A stretch of DNA of 64,000 bases, taken from contig CDPCPM010000160.1 in assembly GCA_976551045.1 (NCBI GenBank), positions 1,054,001 through 1,118,000 on the forward strand, written 5' to 3'. The stretch is from Glaucostegus cemiculus. Lineage: Eukaryota. This document shows, piece by piece, positions 25,701 to 40,700 of this stretch. The notes under the pieces were generated by a model, which saw only the letters and a list, made by a program, of their open reading frames with translations, had not been told where the DNA came from and did no database searches. A program made the position numbers and the translations under genes. Every line of letters begins with the position of its first letter. Position 1 is the stretch's first letter.

Positions 25701-28700
25701 GGAGATGGTGATCCCAGTCCTCTGGAGAACACGGATCCCAAGCAAATCCGACCACTCAGCCCTGTTGATCCGAAGCCACTGCTGGATGCGACCGTGTTTC
25801 TGGGTTTCGACCAGGAGGTCGGATGCGGTCGCCGCTAATCAGCGGGTTCCAGACTTCCGCGGCCCCCAACGCGCGCGACGGAAATCACAACCGCCTGGAG
25901 CTGCGGGAAATACCTCGGCAAACCTCTGTTGCAAATCAACCCCACAGGGGATGCACCCACCCAGTCAGTGTGCCGATATTATCTAAGACACAGCCATGTT
26001 CAGAGTGTACTAGACATCCCATGTTACATGGGGCGAGCACTGAGCTCTCAGAACTGCAAAGCTCAGGAAGCTCTGTTAAGGTCTTGTGCTTCAAAATCCC
26101 CGTCTCTGGCCTCGTATCCGTGTGCGCAGATCAGCAGTGACTTCCGCAGTCGCTGCAACATGCATTCGGCCACAGTGAACACTAACTGGTCGCTGGTAGA
26201 TAAGGCGGAGGCGTGAGCGTGGCTGATGTTTGCCCATGACCAGTGCGTCTAGAGCCAGGGGCCGCAATAACAGGACAGAGATGAGGAAATGTTTCATCAG
26301 GTCACAGTGAGGCGCAGTACGGAGACAGGACCTTCAGCACACTGTTCCTTCACTAACCCATTTACATCCCCCTCCCCTCCCATCAGCTCCCTCCAGAATC
26401 TACCAGCGGCAGTTTACAGTTGCCAATTCATCTCTCAGCCCGCACATTTTTAGGAGGAACCCGGACACAGGCGGAACTTGCAACCCCAAAACACAGCTAA
26501 TAGCGGAGGTCAGGATTGGACCCGGGTCTCTGTAGCTGTGAGGGTACCCATATCCCTGCCGAAGATAGTGAGGCTTTGATACTCCCGACACGTGTGGCCT
26601 GGAGTCTCAGTCGCTGAATATATTCAAGAGATTTTGCTGGCATTTTTGGGGTAAATGTGAAAGACCCGACATGATCTGATGGCAAAGCAAAATCGACGGG
26701 CCAAATAGCCTGCACGTACTTCTAATTCTTCTGTCCTAATCCTCCATAAAACATCCATCAACTCATTTGACACATTGCTCGCCATCCTGACGGGGCGAAA
26801 TTCATTTAATTCCATCTCACGTCAAGTCTTCGGGATCACAACCCCTGTCTCCCGATAATTAGTCATGGACAAAAGTTAGATAGGTTTCTCACAATCACTC
26901 TCACACCATCTCCCATATCTTCCCAATGCAAAATACGAAACGTAACCGATCACCCGAACGCTTTACTGCATTGTACTCATTTATGTTCACTTTCAATGCA
27001 TTTACCTTTTCCTTTACAACTGATTAGTTTCAGTTGGCCAGAACTAATTAGACTGGGACCAGCGGGGCCAGTTTTGGGACCCACATTGTCGGCATGGGAG
27101 ATTGTCTTCCGAGAAGTGCCGATCGCATTTATCAGGTTAATACGGGGATTGCAGGGGTTCAATAGTGAGGAGAGTTTCCCCACACCAGGACTGAATCTCG
27201 GGGAATGCAAGCTGACCCGTGTTTTGGGTTCAAGGATTAAAATGATTCCCGCTGCTTGAGAGACTGAGACCGGTGGTTAGAATCTGGAATTGAACCCTGG
27301 TTTCGGCAGTGGGGTTTGGGAACGCTTCTCCATACACACAGGAGGGAAATAATTGGGGTTTCTCGCAAGCGAAGGGCAGTAGATGCCTTTCAGCAAAGCT
27401 GGGAAAGGTTGAAGATTGTAGAAAAGTAATGTTAAGATGCAGAGAGAGGTGGTTAAGATGCAGAGAAAGGTGAGGGAAGGGAGATGAGAGAAAAGGGGAA
27501 GAGCTGCGATCTGGAGTGCAGGGAGGTGCAGCCGAAATAAAAGTTTTCCCGTGTTTCCTTCTCCACCGCCGCTGACTGGTCGTTCAGTATTTCATTCATT
27601 CTCTGGGTTCACCTCAGATTCCGCATCTCCAGTGTTACGCTTTCTATAAGACGTGTATTCTCTCAGGGATATAATTGCTGCGCATTACGTTTCAAGTAAT
27701 TTACTATCTGCTGTGTTTTAACAGAACCTGTATCTAAGCCCGTTATCACATCCAATGACACCGACCCCGTAGAATACAATGACACTGTTAGTTTGACGTG
27801 CCACGCAAGAGGGACGGATGTTTCGTATCTGTGGTTTATGAACAATACGACAGTTAGCGCTGGCGGTAGGATAACCCTGAGTTCCAACAACAGCACCTTG
27901 ACTATCTCTGGGGTGCTGAGATCGGACGAGGAATTCACCTGCGTTGCGTACAACTTGGTGAATAAAAACACCAGCGATCCATTTCGACTGAACGTTCGCT
28001 GTAAGTGCAACTGTGGTGGCCCGTTTGATCTCATTAACGTTTAACATTTCATTGTCCGTTACAATGTATCATAACTCTGCGAGGTTGTACTGGATTTCAC
28101 TGGCATGAGGTTCGATTGAACAAAGTTAACCAATAATCCCATTGGTCTATGGGCAGCGGGGTATATACTACCGTTCCTCTTCAGAGTCAGTTTAAAATTT
28201 GTATCGATCAAACCAAACCTCACGACCCATTGCCCATGGATCCCAGTCCAGCTGAGCTTCTCCCATTTTCTTTAACATCTCTGGGTCTCCTTTCCCTGCC
28301 CCAGTAAGAAAGAGCTTTAGTCGGTATGGAAACAATCTCTATTCCAGCCCTCAAGCCTTCCGACAACAGAAATACAACCTCTGCTCTATGGAACCTGTCG
28401 GCAAAACACAAGTGCATTGTCAAACTGACTTAGCAACTTAGCTGACCAAATGTTGCTGTGCTTAGAAATGATATAACGTCAATTTCACCCTCGTATACTT
28501 ATCAAACTGAACATATGGAGATGGAGTCCGTTATTTTTCCCTTGGGGTCCAATTGTTGCAGTGATGCGTAGCATTCCTTCATGGTACCGTAAACCATCGA
28601 ATCTTCGCTATCCTAATATTTCCACCGCAATTTCTGGGATCAGCCAGAGTTTACCGTTTCGTAAATAGTGGTATTGAACTGGGGATGGTGTAGTTGAGGT

Positions 28701-31700
28701 TAAGATGGGAAATTTGGATCATGTTGTCCCAGAGAGGGTTTGAATTTCAAGGGTATGTATGTGCATTGGGGAGCGATGCTCTGCGATACTGAGAATATCA
28801 CTTCAATATTTAGTTAGGTATGAAATTATGTTCAAATTATTTTAGTTTCTTCAACATGATTGTTTCTAACTTTTGATGGCCTTGCCTGCCCTCTACGTGA
28901 CCCTCGGCCCTATCAACGTGGGCTTCTCAGCTGGGTAGTTCCAGGGGAAACAAGGGTTCGACAAGGAATTCTGGCATTGCCACTGACGTCTGAATCTCTT
29001 GACGACGAGTTTAAGAAATTTCGTCCAAGTAGCCTCTGATTGGAGACTTCAGCTGAGAGACAACCTCGCTGGTTGGTCTGGATTCACACCGAAGGCCAGA
29101 CCGGGTAATGCAGCGGAGTTCGTTTCCTGGGGGACAGGGGGAAACGAGGTATGATTTTACCACGGTCCGGTAGTTACCTGATTACCATTGGTGAGACTAT
29201 TTTTGAGTGCACCAAAAGATGTCTCATGCCCGTTTCTATCAGTGACATGAAAGAGTTCGGCGTGGAACAAGTATAGTGGTCACCTCACATCCCTTGGTAT
29301 CTCGAGGGAAATTTAGGAGCTACCGCAAGAATGGGCTGAGCGGTGTCCATTGTTATGCACGACCCTGAAGAGAACATCTCTGCTTCACGCTGGCCTATCA
29401 GGGGAGGATGAACCAAAAGAAAATGTTAGCCCTGTTTCCTTCGCAGCTGAGTCTCTCCAAACAGCCGAGCGTCCACCATGACCCAACATTCCCCTCCCCT
29501 ATCAAAGTTGCATCGTTCACTGTCCTCAGGCAGACGCCACAACAGGAATAATATCCAGATCACTCTATTCTTGTCTGCGAGAGCGGTTGGCACCACCGTT
29601 TGTGCAGGTGACCATCATCTGCTGGAAGGAGATTGTTTCCATACCGATTTCTTCTGAGGTGTGACTCGGTGGGAGCGGGTAGAATTAGTGTGGCAGTGGC
29701 TTCTCTCTATCCACTCGGTGCAGTTGCCTAGTGACGGGATGGAGATCTGCTTTAGAGTCCTGGATGAAATTCTGCAAACGGACTGTGCATTTGTTTTAGA
29801 TGGACCGGAAAATCTAACCATTTCCATCAGCCCAGACCTTGCTGCGTACGGTACGGGTTCAAACGTGAATTTTTCCTGTTCGGCTCTTTCGAACCCCGCT
29901 CCTGCATTTCAGTGGTATTTCAATGGTTCATCTCTTCAAACAAGTGGACAGCGCCTGAACCTTGTTGACCTATCCCTGAATGACACTGGCAGTTACACTT
30001 GTGAGGCGTTTAACAATGTAACCAAAGGGTCGAGCTCAACAACACGAAACCTTGTCGTTTTAGGTATGTATTATGTCGAGGGGTGGTGGAGGTTTCCGAG
30101 TTGTGTATGTAAAAACGGAGATATTGCATTGTGGTTAAACTATCAGCATCTGGTATGGTGTAGCCTGGTTTTGAGTGTGTTATTAGTAAGGTATTAGTAT
30201 GCACTTTTGGGCTTGTAGCGCGCGTTCATAAGATAATACCAAATAGGTCGAAGTTTGGTATGTGAGATAACAACTTTAATTGGCTTATCAACATCGATAC
30301 TAACACTGTATTTTGTTTAATTTCCTGGAAAGAAACGTTATCTTGACGGGTTTGGAAAGTCGTGTGTGCGTCAGCAATTCTTCTCTGCTCTAACCTTTGT
30401 TTATCCGTCATCATTCTCAATGCCAAATGCCCCTTGCCTGAATTTAATTGATCCTTACTTCCTTCTCCCTGTGGAACGCAAATTCCATCCCGTTGACATT
30501 GCACCCTGGTTGGTTTTGATCTGTGGGACAGGGAACGTCCCTTGTTTATTGCGTTACGGAATGGGGTTTAAATGACCTGTTGGCTATCTGCGATCAAATG
30601 CTTTTGAGTACAAATGGAAACTCTTCCTTTTGGTAGCGGTTCAATGACAAGAGCGCTGTACTAAAGTCTGGACACGTTAGACAAACGAAAGGGAGGGGAG
30701 AGTGGGTGGGCAGATGGGTTGAAACATATTCTACACCTCAGTGTTGATCACCATAGCTCGCTGCCGACACTGATAACGAGTTGAGGTTCGGACTGAGCAG
30801 AAGTAGCAGCGCCCAGGGAGTTCAGAATAAAATTGACACCGTCTGGAGAAATAATCAGTTGAAGGGCCGGAGAGAGAGTGGGGAAGGGGGTGACTGGGTC
30901 ATTCTTCTCGGGATTGATCACTCCATTGTAATTGCATTGTGAACCTGCACTTTCTCCTGATACCTTAAAATCTCGAACTTCCACGTTGAGTCCATTCACC
31001 ACTGACATTTCCGCACCCGTCTGTTCAAAGTGAGCCGCACACCGCAGAGAGGTCTGTCAGTTTTCGCAGGCGCCGGTGGGGCGATGCAATGTCAAGCGCC
31101 ACCTCTGGTCCCGGGAGCGCCGGCTCTGCCGACGTACTGTAGGCGCGCTGCACTGCCAACACCACTGTCTTTTTCCTCAGGGCGATATCTGGGGTCCCTT
31201 CGGCCCCCTATTTCGTGTCCTGTCCATCCCGCCGAGTGGGAGATCAGATGGGGATTGTACGTTGGTGATTATTTTACTGAACACATGAAGCTTGGGTTAT
31301 TGACACTGAGGCGGGAATCCGAATCCCATACGGTAGTTGATGGATTACAACTCAGTTAAGTAAACTGATCGGGATTTAACCCGTCGCCAATGGAGGTAAC
31401 AACGAAATTACCAGATTAACAAGCCGAACAATGAAGACATTCTGCTATTCTGACCCAGTCTGGCCTACAGGTGACTGCAAACTGCTGACCCCTGTCTGCC
31501 AGCCATGTTTTGGGGGCAGGTAGGCGTGGACAACAGATGGCGGGATTGTCAGTGAGGTATTCAGACGATTGAATGAAGGTCGGAACTGCTTCTCTCCAGC
31601 GCGGTAACTGAATCTCCACGCTTGCAGCAACACAGATTATCTCGAATATTTTCAATCTTTTCCGTTCTTATTCTACAGAATACCACATCGCTGCTCTGAT

Positions 31701-34700
31701 GTATCTTTCATTAAATCGAATTCTTTTCTTCCCTCCAGTCTTTCTCTTTCAATTCTTGTGCACTAACCAACACCGTGTGTTTTCAACAGAACCTGTTTCT
31801 GAACCCAATATTACCGCCAATGCCACCATCCTCATAGAGTACAATGACACCGTGAAACTAACATGCTTCGCAACAGGCACGGCGGTCTCTTATCTGTGGC
31901 TTGAAGACAATAGGATGATAGTTCCTGGACGCAGGTTTGAACTGGGTGCCGATAACAGCACACTCACTATTTCTGAAGTGTTACGAACAGATGGACCGTT
32001 CACCTGCATCGCATACAACTCGATTAGCGAAAAGTCAAGCGAGCCGTTTGAACTCGATGTTTACTGTAAGTGTCCCAAGCGATCAGTAGTTGCACCGTTT
32101 ATTACCAGTCCTGCTGGGCACCAGGTTCTGGGAGAGGTGTGTTGCACTTGGGGGATGGTGGGACAGTGATGACCTCATTAGAGTAACACTCAGTGTACAC
32201 GACAGTCAGATGACAGACGTGGCCGAATCTACCTCGGCAGCTGGGGAATTTAAATTCAAACCTGGAACTTCAAAATTTAAGACCAATGTCAGTAACGGTG
32301 ACCAATAAACTACCGCATTGTGGGAAAAACTCTGGCTCACTAATGCACTTCAGGGGAAGGAAATGTTCCAGATAACACGGTCTGTTCTATATGTGACTCC
32401 AGACCCAACGATCAGGCTGACTCCTTACCGGCCGCTCAGTTCAGAGGCAATTGGGGATGTATATTACACGTTGGCACTGCCAGTGACGGCCACCTCCTGT
32501 AAACCAATGAGATAAGAAATCTCCTGATGAGATTTCTGAACAATAAGGTCAGGCAGAGCCCCCGCCTGGTACACCAGGGACAATTTGTACCGCTATCATC
32601 GATCAAAAGTGCTTCACTTTTAATAAGTACAGAGCAGGACTTGTAATAACATTTGCATTGAGTGGCGTGGACAACGTTGTGTCCCGTCTACTTTTCCTTT
32701 TGCTCCCTGTTAATTTATGAGCTCCTTTCGACCCCATGCAATCAAATACATTAATTCTGTTTCAACACTAAGATTCTGATCCTTCTGTGGAATGATAAGT
32801 TCACGGATGCTTTTATAGACAAGGGGTACGAGGGTAGTCATTGAAATTCTGGTCCAGTGCAGAATCAGCCAGGAACTCTGAAAATAATTCGACTCCCATG
32901 GAGTTGGGAACGATTTCAGGGCGAGGAAGTGCCAGAGCTAGTGGGGGACTGTCACCCTCCTGACGAAGGTCCAGAGAATCAAGAAGGTAGAAAGAGCCAT
33001 AGATCCATCACTGTGGATGTGTGGGGGAAGTTACGGCCTCCCCGATCGATGGGTTGCCACAATCCCCAGTGGGTGTAACCTGAGTGGTCGAAGTTTACTT
33101 CCTAACATACACGCTGTTACACACTGGGTTTGGGACCGGTACTGAGACCCACCTTCACAGAAGGACTGGAATATAAGAAATTGGAATTTGAAAGCATTTG
33201 CACGCCCAAGTCGCACTGGGTCTTATTCCGCATTTGTTACAGTTTTTCCTAAGGTCGTCCAAGTTTTGATGTGCTGGGTGGCCTCATCCTAATAAGGGAT
33301 TTTCTGTTCAGTAAACCACCCAAAAGCCGCCAACCCCAGAAGTTACAAGGCGAGGTGTTCTGTGGAACTCTGTATTCCAGGTTAGAGAGGTGGAGACAGG
33401 TTTTGGGATGTGAGGCATCTGTTTAACTACAGGTATATTTGACTTACTGCGTGTGGTTTATACACCAGTCCGCTCACCCGTGTGTAGGGATGGTGTTAGT
33501 GTGCACTCTCTGTGGTGGTGGGCTGCTCTCCCTCTCCTGCTCTGCTTTGTTTCTGCTTTCACTGTTCATGTAATTTACTGCCGTCGGTTTTGTGCGTTTG
33601 TTTTAGACGGACCGGATCGTCCAAATATCACTACTGACCCTGACTCACCTCCTTACCTGGCTGGAAGCACCGTCACTTTTACATGTTCCGCAGGGTCCAG
33701 GCCAGTCGCTAACCTGGATTGGTATCTGAACGGTGACTTTCTACAAACTGGGCAGCAACTTATCCTTGACAATATTTCAATGAGCAAGACGGGGAACTAC
33801 ACTTGTCAGGCATTTAACAATTTTACAGAAAAGTACAGTGCCTCAACTCCAGAAATAACAGTGCTCGGTATGTAATACATTTCTCATTTTTTCTACCGAC
33901 GAGAACACAGGGTGATGGTGGACACTCGGTTGTTGGACTAAGTGGCTGAAATTGTACAGATTATCAATTCAGTGTATTAATGTTGCATGCTGAACAACAA
34001 GGGTATTGATTAAGCAACATCAGACTGCTTCATTAATTTGATAATCATGCATTTGTCCATATTGGTCCTCAGAAGTGGACATCCGCCTTCCAAGCCGGTA
34101 CATGACTCCAGACACACCAGCCTTGTGAACGCTTCACTGGCGCCAGTTTGAGTAGGAGGGGACAGTGCAATGGAGGGGCATTCGGAGACGAGCAATAAAT
34201 GCCAATCATGTCCATATCCAGTGAAGAAGGTTACAAGTAACATTCCAGGAGCCTCCAGTCTGGTTTAACCAGATCTTAGACACCTGCTGTACAAGTCAAG
34301 CCACCTCAGCAGTAACCCACACTGTATATACCGACCCGAAATCTCCATTGTCCATTATCCTCCTGTCTGACCCTGCGTGTTCCTCCAGTTTTCCAGCATC
34401 TGCAGTCTCTTGTGTTTCCATATCTACAGGCGGTTGCCCCGACTGCAATGCGGAAAGTTGCTAGTTCACTCCATGTGAATTCAGAGTGAATGCACTCAAT
34501 TCTTTTGGCAAGTTGCACCAGTACTTCTTGGTCCCTCTTCCAACATCTTCCAAAGTTGAACTTGTTGCTCCTACACAATCCTCGGCTCTGTTGCCCGGGT
34601 CCTTTAAGGGTTACACAGAGACATACCTCGCTGCTTCAGCCGCCAGTCTCCTCTGTCGACAGTCCTCACGGGATGTCGCGGCTTGGCCAAGTCACCAGGG

Positions 34701-37700
34701 CAGCACTCCGTTTTCGAGAGACGGCCAGGCTTCACCACCACAATCCCGAAGAATGTCGGAATTAAAACAAACTAACTCCCATGGTACACCTGGAGACCGC
34801 ACGGCCCATTTTCCCGTGCGAGCTCTTTGTAGAGTAATCCATCTCAGTCCCATTACTTACACTTCTCCTGCAGGCTATTGTCCAGCCAGTGCCGCCCAGA
34901 TTAATTTCAGAGTCCAGAGTGACTCTATTTCTTGTTGGAGTGGCTCGTCATTCCCATTTAATACTAATTCCCTGCTTTAAAAGCATCCCTTACATTCTCA
35001 TTGTATCGTGGTTGGGGCTTCTCTGGTCTCGGAGCTGTGATTCAGCAACACCACCAGCTACGCCACTGTGACCCTCACCCCTCGCCACCACGCAATTTTT
35101 AAACCCATTCAAGTGACAGTACCTTAGTACTTTTACGTTTTGCTGAGGCTTTTTTAGAATTGTTCTGAATTTCAGACTTGGCACATTATTGACGAAGATT
35201 AGGCACTCTGTACCTATCAAGCAAACATTTGCCAACCTAATATCAGAGAGAGATATTTTACCCAGAGAGTGGTTGGGGCATGCAATGCGCTGCCTGGGGC
35301 GCTGGTGGAGGCAGGTGCATTGGTCAAATTCAAGCGATTGCTAGATAAGCATTATGGAGGAGTTTAAAATAGAGGGATATGTCGGAGTAAGGTGTTAGAT
35401 AGTATTAGGCGAGGTTTAAAGGTCGGAACAACATTGTGGGACGAAGGGCCTGTGTTGTGCTGCGCTGTTCTATGTTCAGTGTTCTAATGAAAGATTATTT
35501 CATTTCCATTTCCCTGAAACCCACCTGTGGAAATGTGTCAGATCAAATGTTCCCCAAATTTGGGGCAACAGGAATAATCAACTTTCCTAACAAAGAACGG
35601 TGCAAAGCTTGTTGGAGTGATCAGATTACAAGATTTGCCGTCATTGACTCATTTCTCTTGTTTACTGAAATCCATTTTCACCCAATACTTCCTCTATAAA
35701 GTTTTCGGTTAACTCATGTCGAGGTAACACAAAACAATGCATCCACGTATTTTAGCGGCGGGTCTCTTTTTTTAAATTATTTAAACGAATTCCTTGTTGA
35801 AGAAAATCTTCCCCTTGCTAAGATATATAAGATCACGATAGGTTTGTTATTTAACTGCTCGATTACTTGCAGAGCTTCCATGCATTTAGTTCATTTGGCT
35901 GTCGCTGGCGACCTTAGTCCTTACTCTATAACCCACAATAGCATTCGAAAGGCGACGTTCAGCTGTTTTCTTAAACCACTGAGTCTTCTCATGCACTTGT
36001 AACGAACAAGTAACAGGCTGCATACATTAGCTGACTGTTGAACGCCACCACTGTACCAAACACATTCAGCGGGAACTATTTTACAAGGTGTTTATTGTGG
36101 CAACAAAAGCGGGTCAGAGGCTGTGAATCCTATGGTGAGTGATTCACTTCCCAACACGCCAAGTGTCTCCACAATCTACAACGCACAAGTCAGTGGTGTG
36201 ACGGGGCGTTGTTGCCGCCCCAGCAACACACGAGAATCTTCACACTATCCAGAACCAAGCAGCCCGCTCGATCAAAGCCCAAACCTCCCCTGGACAGTCA
36301 ATCCCTCCACCACCTGCGCCAGTGGCTGCAGTGTGCACCAACTTCAAATTGCCCTGCCGTTACCCGCCCAGACTAGCCTGACAGCGGCTCACCCAGAACG
36401 CTACCTCGTCCACCGCTAATGACAATGGCAGAGAGTACAGGGGTACACCACCACCTGCAGATTACCCAGACTTGGAAAAACATTTCAGTGACTTCTCTGT
36501 CACTGGGTGAAAGCCAAAGATTCTCACCACCGCCTTCTCGGGAGAGTGAGTGCAGAACCATAATGCCAGTACCAGTAAGTGAATAAGTAAACATCTGGAA
36601 GAGATATAAAATGGACTCCATACCTATCATCCCTGCTTTCCAAACTGTTTAATTAGCAAGACACAGTTAACACTTTGGGATGGGAGAAGCAAGCTGTGCT
36701 GAAATTCTTTCTGATTCTTTGAATTTCTTGACTACAAAGAGCTATGAAGAGTTAGTCAGTGACTGTGCAAACGGCTGTGGCAGGCGGAGCTTTGGACTAT
36801 GGGGGGGTAGGGTGCAGAGTCATCAGGAACAGGCAGGAAAGTGGAACTGACGCCAATAACAACTCGGTCATGATATTATGAGAGGTTAGATGAGTCGAAC
36901 GGTCGACACCTGCTGTGTTACACGTGTTCCACCGAGCTAATAATTGAAAGAAGGTATAAATAATAACGGAATTTAAATCTCCAACAACAAATCTTTCTCA
37001 CTGAAGTCTCGTTTTAGGCTTGTCGACAGGTTGTCATTTCAGTCTGACCTCTTAGAATTAAATATTAACTTGAGATGTTTCTGATATTTACCACTTGTAT
37101 TTTGAGGGCATTGTAGGTCTCCCTTAGTGCGCGTTATCTCTCCTAATGCGTAACTGGCAGATGAATATCTAATCTCTGCGACATTACCTGTGGGTTTCAA
37201 CGTTTGGTTTTACCTTAACGCCTCACAAGTAAATATCCTAGTACACCCGTGCCTATACATTTAAGGGAAGGGGTATGAGATGTGGGGGGGAATAAGGGAC
37301 ATTTACTTTCACCCGGAAGTACTGATTGAGGAGGTGTAGGGGGTGCACACCAATTTCACAGAACTTCACAAATATTTAGCAAAGCAATTGGAATGCCAGG
37401 ACATAGAAGGCTGTGAACTTGGCACTGGAAATTGGGATTATTACGGATAGATAACAGATTGCCGGCATGAACTTTGCAAGCCGAAAGAGTCTGTTTCCAT
37501 TCTCTGTGACTCTGTATCTCTCGGACCGGACTGATGCAGTCCTGTGGATTTTGTCACAATGGACTTTAACCTGTGTGTTTTTATTTTTTTTTAAGTCTCC
37601 TTATGAGAAAAGCAGAGACGGAGTATAATGCCAAAGATGATGAACTGCCAATCCCCGGTCAGTTGTCTTTAATGAGAATTCTCACATCTGGGGAGGGTGA

Positions 37701-40700
37701 GGAGTGGAGTTGTGACAACGAATCCAAGGATGAGGAGCTTCAATGGCGGAATCTCTGGGATCGTTCACCTTGTGTTTAACATACGGAAGGATGTATATAG
37801 TGATAGAGAGGGTGGGTGAGAGGAGAGCAGAGCAGAGGAGAGCAGAGAAGAGGAGAGGAGAGCAGAGAGAGGAGAGAGAGGGGAGAGATGTGAGAAAGAA
37901 GGGAAGAGAGATATGATAGAGTGGAGAGAAGGGAAGCAAAGAGAGCGGGGAAGAGAGAGAGCAGTTGTTCACAGTGACGGACCGGACAACACGGAATACT
38001 GGCAAAAGAGCAAAGTTATAAACCTGTAATTTTAAGCAAAGACAGCTCCTAAAAACTGATTCTGTGTTCTGTTCTGTGCATCCGCAACTGTCTTTGTTGT
38101 TCTTACAAATAACTATTGATTGATTATCGTGTTACAAGAGTTTACTTTTAACCAGTACAGATTTGGCTTTCTTGATCACAGACTTTACCTTTCTCAGCGG
38201 TCAAACATTGCCTTGTCAATAAATCGCAAGCACATCATCAACAGGTGGTGTTCTGCCATTCGGCCCCTCGAGCACCCTCTGATTCTCAATGATGTTATCG
38301 CTGCTCCGTGATCCCCAAACCCTTAACTCCCATTTCGCCGAATACACCTCCGTCTATGCCGGGTTAGAACACATAATGTCTGATCCCCACAGCTCCCTAG
38401 AATTTTCTCCACATCTCCGGTTGAAGATAGAGACCCCATAATTCCGAACCTTGGTCCCCAGCTGTACAATTTCCCCAGAAGGGGAACTATCTTCTCGACA
38501 GCTGTATTACTCTGGTGTGTTTGATATCAGATCAAACTGAAATTTAAAATTACAATGCTAACACAGACCATCAGACAAATAGGAGAATATGCAGGCCACT
38601 CGGCCTCTATAAACTAACCCGGCATTCGAATCGATGCAGCTGATCATTGTTGGCCTCTGCTCCAGTTCTCAGCCACTTCGCCATAACCATCTAGTCCTCG
38701 ATCGTTCAAATATTTATCAATCTCCACCTTAAATTTATCCAGTGATCCGGCATCCACCACGCTCGGAAATAGAATCCAAGAGAATCACTGCACTCTGAGA
38801 GAAGACATTTCCCTTTACCCACGTTTTAAATAACCGGGCCTTTATAATGTAACTGTGCTGGCTTGTTCATGAGTCTCCCTCTGGTAGAAACATCTTAGCA
38901 TCGGACATAGAACAGGCGCTTCGGCCCACTCTATCTGTGCTGAACATGTGCCAAATTAAACTGATTCCATCTGCCTGCACATGATCCACACCCCTCCATT
39001 CCCTTACTGTTTATATCTCTTGGACACCAATATGGTGTCGCTTCCATCAGCAGCCCTGAACGCTCCTTCCAGTCACCCACCACTCTGTGATAAGAACTGA
39101 GCCCACAATCTCCTTTGAACTTTCCCCCTCTGCCCAAGGATGTGCCCTCTTGAATCCAGAGTGTAACCTCTCAAGCAGACTTAGGATCTTATATGATGAA
39201 ATAAGAACACCTCCATTCTTCTGAGCACCAATGAATACAAACCCAAACTCTCCAGGTTATGGTGAGGCTCAGGCTGAGGATTAGGGTTCCGGTTAGGTTT
39301 AGGGTCAGGGCCATGCATTGTGTAGGGTTCCTGTTGTCTTAATAGAAAAACCCACACCCCAGGAATGAGCCTGGTGAATCTGCTTTGGGCCTCCTCCAAT
39401 GCTACTATATCGGGGGGTTTAGGTAAGGGGACGATATCTGTGTACAGTATTCCAGATGTGACCTCTCCAGAATCCTGTACAACTGTAACAGGACCCTCCA
39501 ATTCATCAATTCCAATTCCTTTGCAGTGAAGGCCAAGGTGCCGGTGACAACTATGTCTTGGTGAACAGGGGGCCTTGATGATGGGAGGATACTGCGTTAA
39601 AAGGTGTAACTCCATTTCGCCTTTACTTGTATTTACAGAACCCGTGTCTAATGTCAATGTAGCACGCAACAATTTAAGTCCCGTGGAAATCAACGATACA
39701 GTTGTACTCATTTGTGACGCGCAGGGTACTATTCAGAGACGAACATGGTTGAAAAATAACCTACCCATCCAGGAAAATGACAGAATATATACATCTTCAG
39801 ATAAAGCAAATCTGACCATAACCCGTGTTAACAGAACTGACACCGCAACATATAACTGTACCGTAAGCAATGATTACAACAGCGGCAGTGCAGCAATCTA
39901 CATGCAAGTTAACTGTAAGTTGGCAGACTGCTCAAAACATTAGCTTGCGTTTGATATTATTCATTACAGAATCCGCATACTTTCTTGATTTCTGTTTGCA
40001 GATGGACCGGAAAACGTTAGAATTCTGCCGCAGGGACCCGTTGAGGCAGATATTGGTTCACGTCTTACATTAACTTGTTCTGCCCAGTCAGTCCCCAGTG
40101 GTGAATATAAATGGTACAATCGGACAAATCATCTACAGACAGGGCAGCAGTACACCATCGAGCCAGGAAGGTCGGTTGACAGTGGGAATTATACTTGTGA
40201 GGTTTATAACAACGTAACCATGAAACGCAGCAGCCGCACCGTCGAAGTACTCGCACGGAGTAAGTACATTTTCTCTCTGTATTTGACTGAGATTGTCTTC
40301 ATAAAGATCTCAGCAGGTGAATTTTCAGAACCTCCCGGTCTCCTCCTCTGTCTGACTTGCTAATCAGAAGGACAATGATTCGGTGTTCTTGGAAACTTTA
40401 AATGTGGAAACAATTATCAGCCAAGACAAAGGGTTTAAAGGGATTCACTTATTAGCGATGAACACGTTATTTTAAATTCCTTGGATACGGCTACAACGGA
40501 TGAGGTTACCTTCCAGCTTTGACAAAGCTTTGGTAACTCAAGAACAAGTGAAACTCTGGGTGAACTTAATGGAGAGTTGTTTTCACTGCTTCGATGATTG
40601 TTAGCAGGACCACTGGAAACGGTTCTACACCATGACAGTTTCGGTTGACAGCACTGCTTTTGTTGACGGGCAGATTCTGGAGTTTTGAGTTGATGGAATG

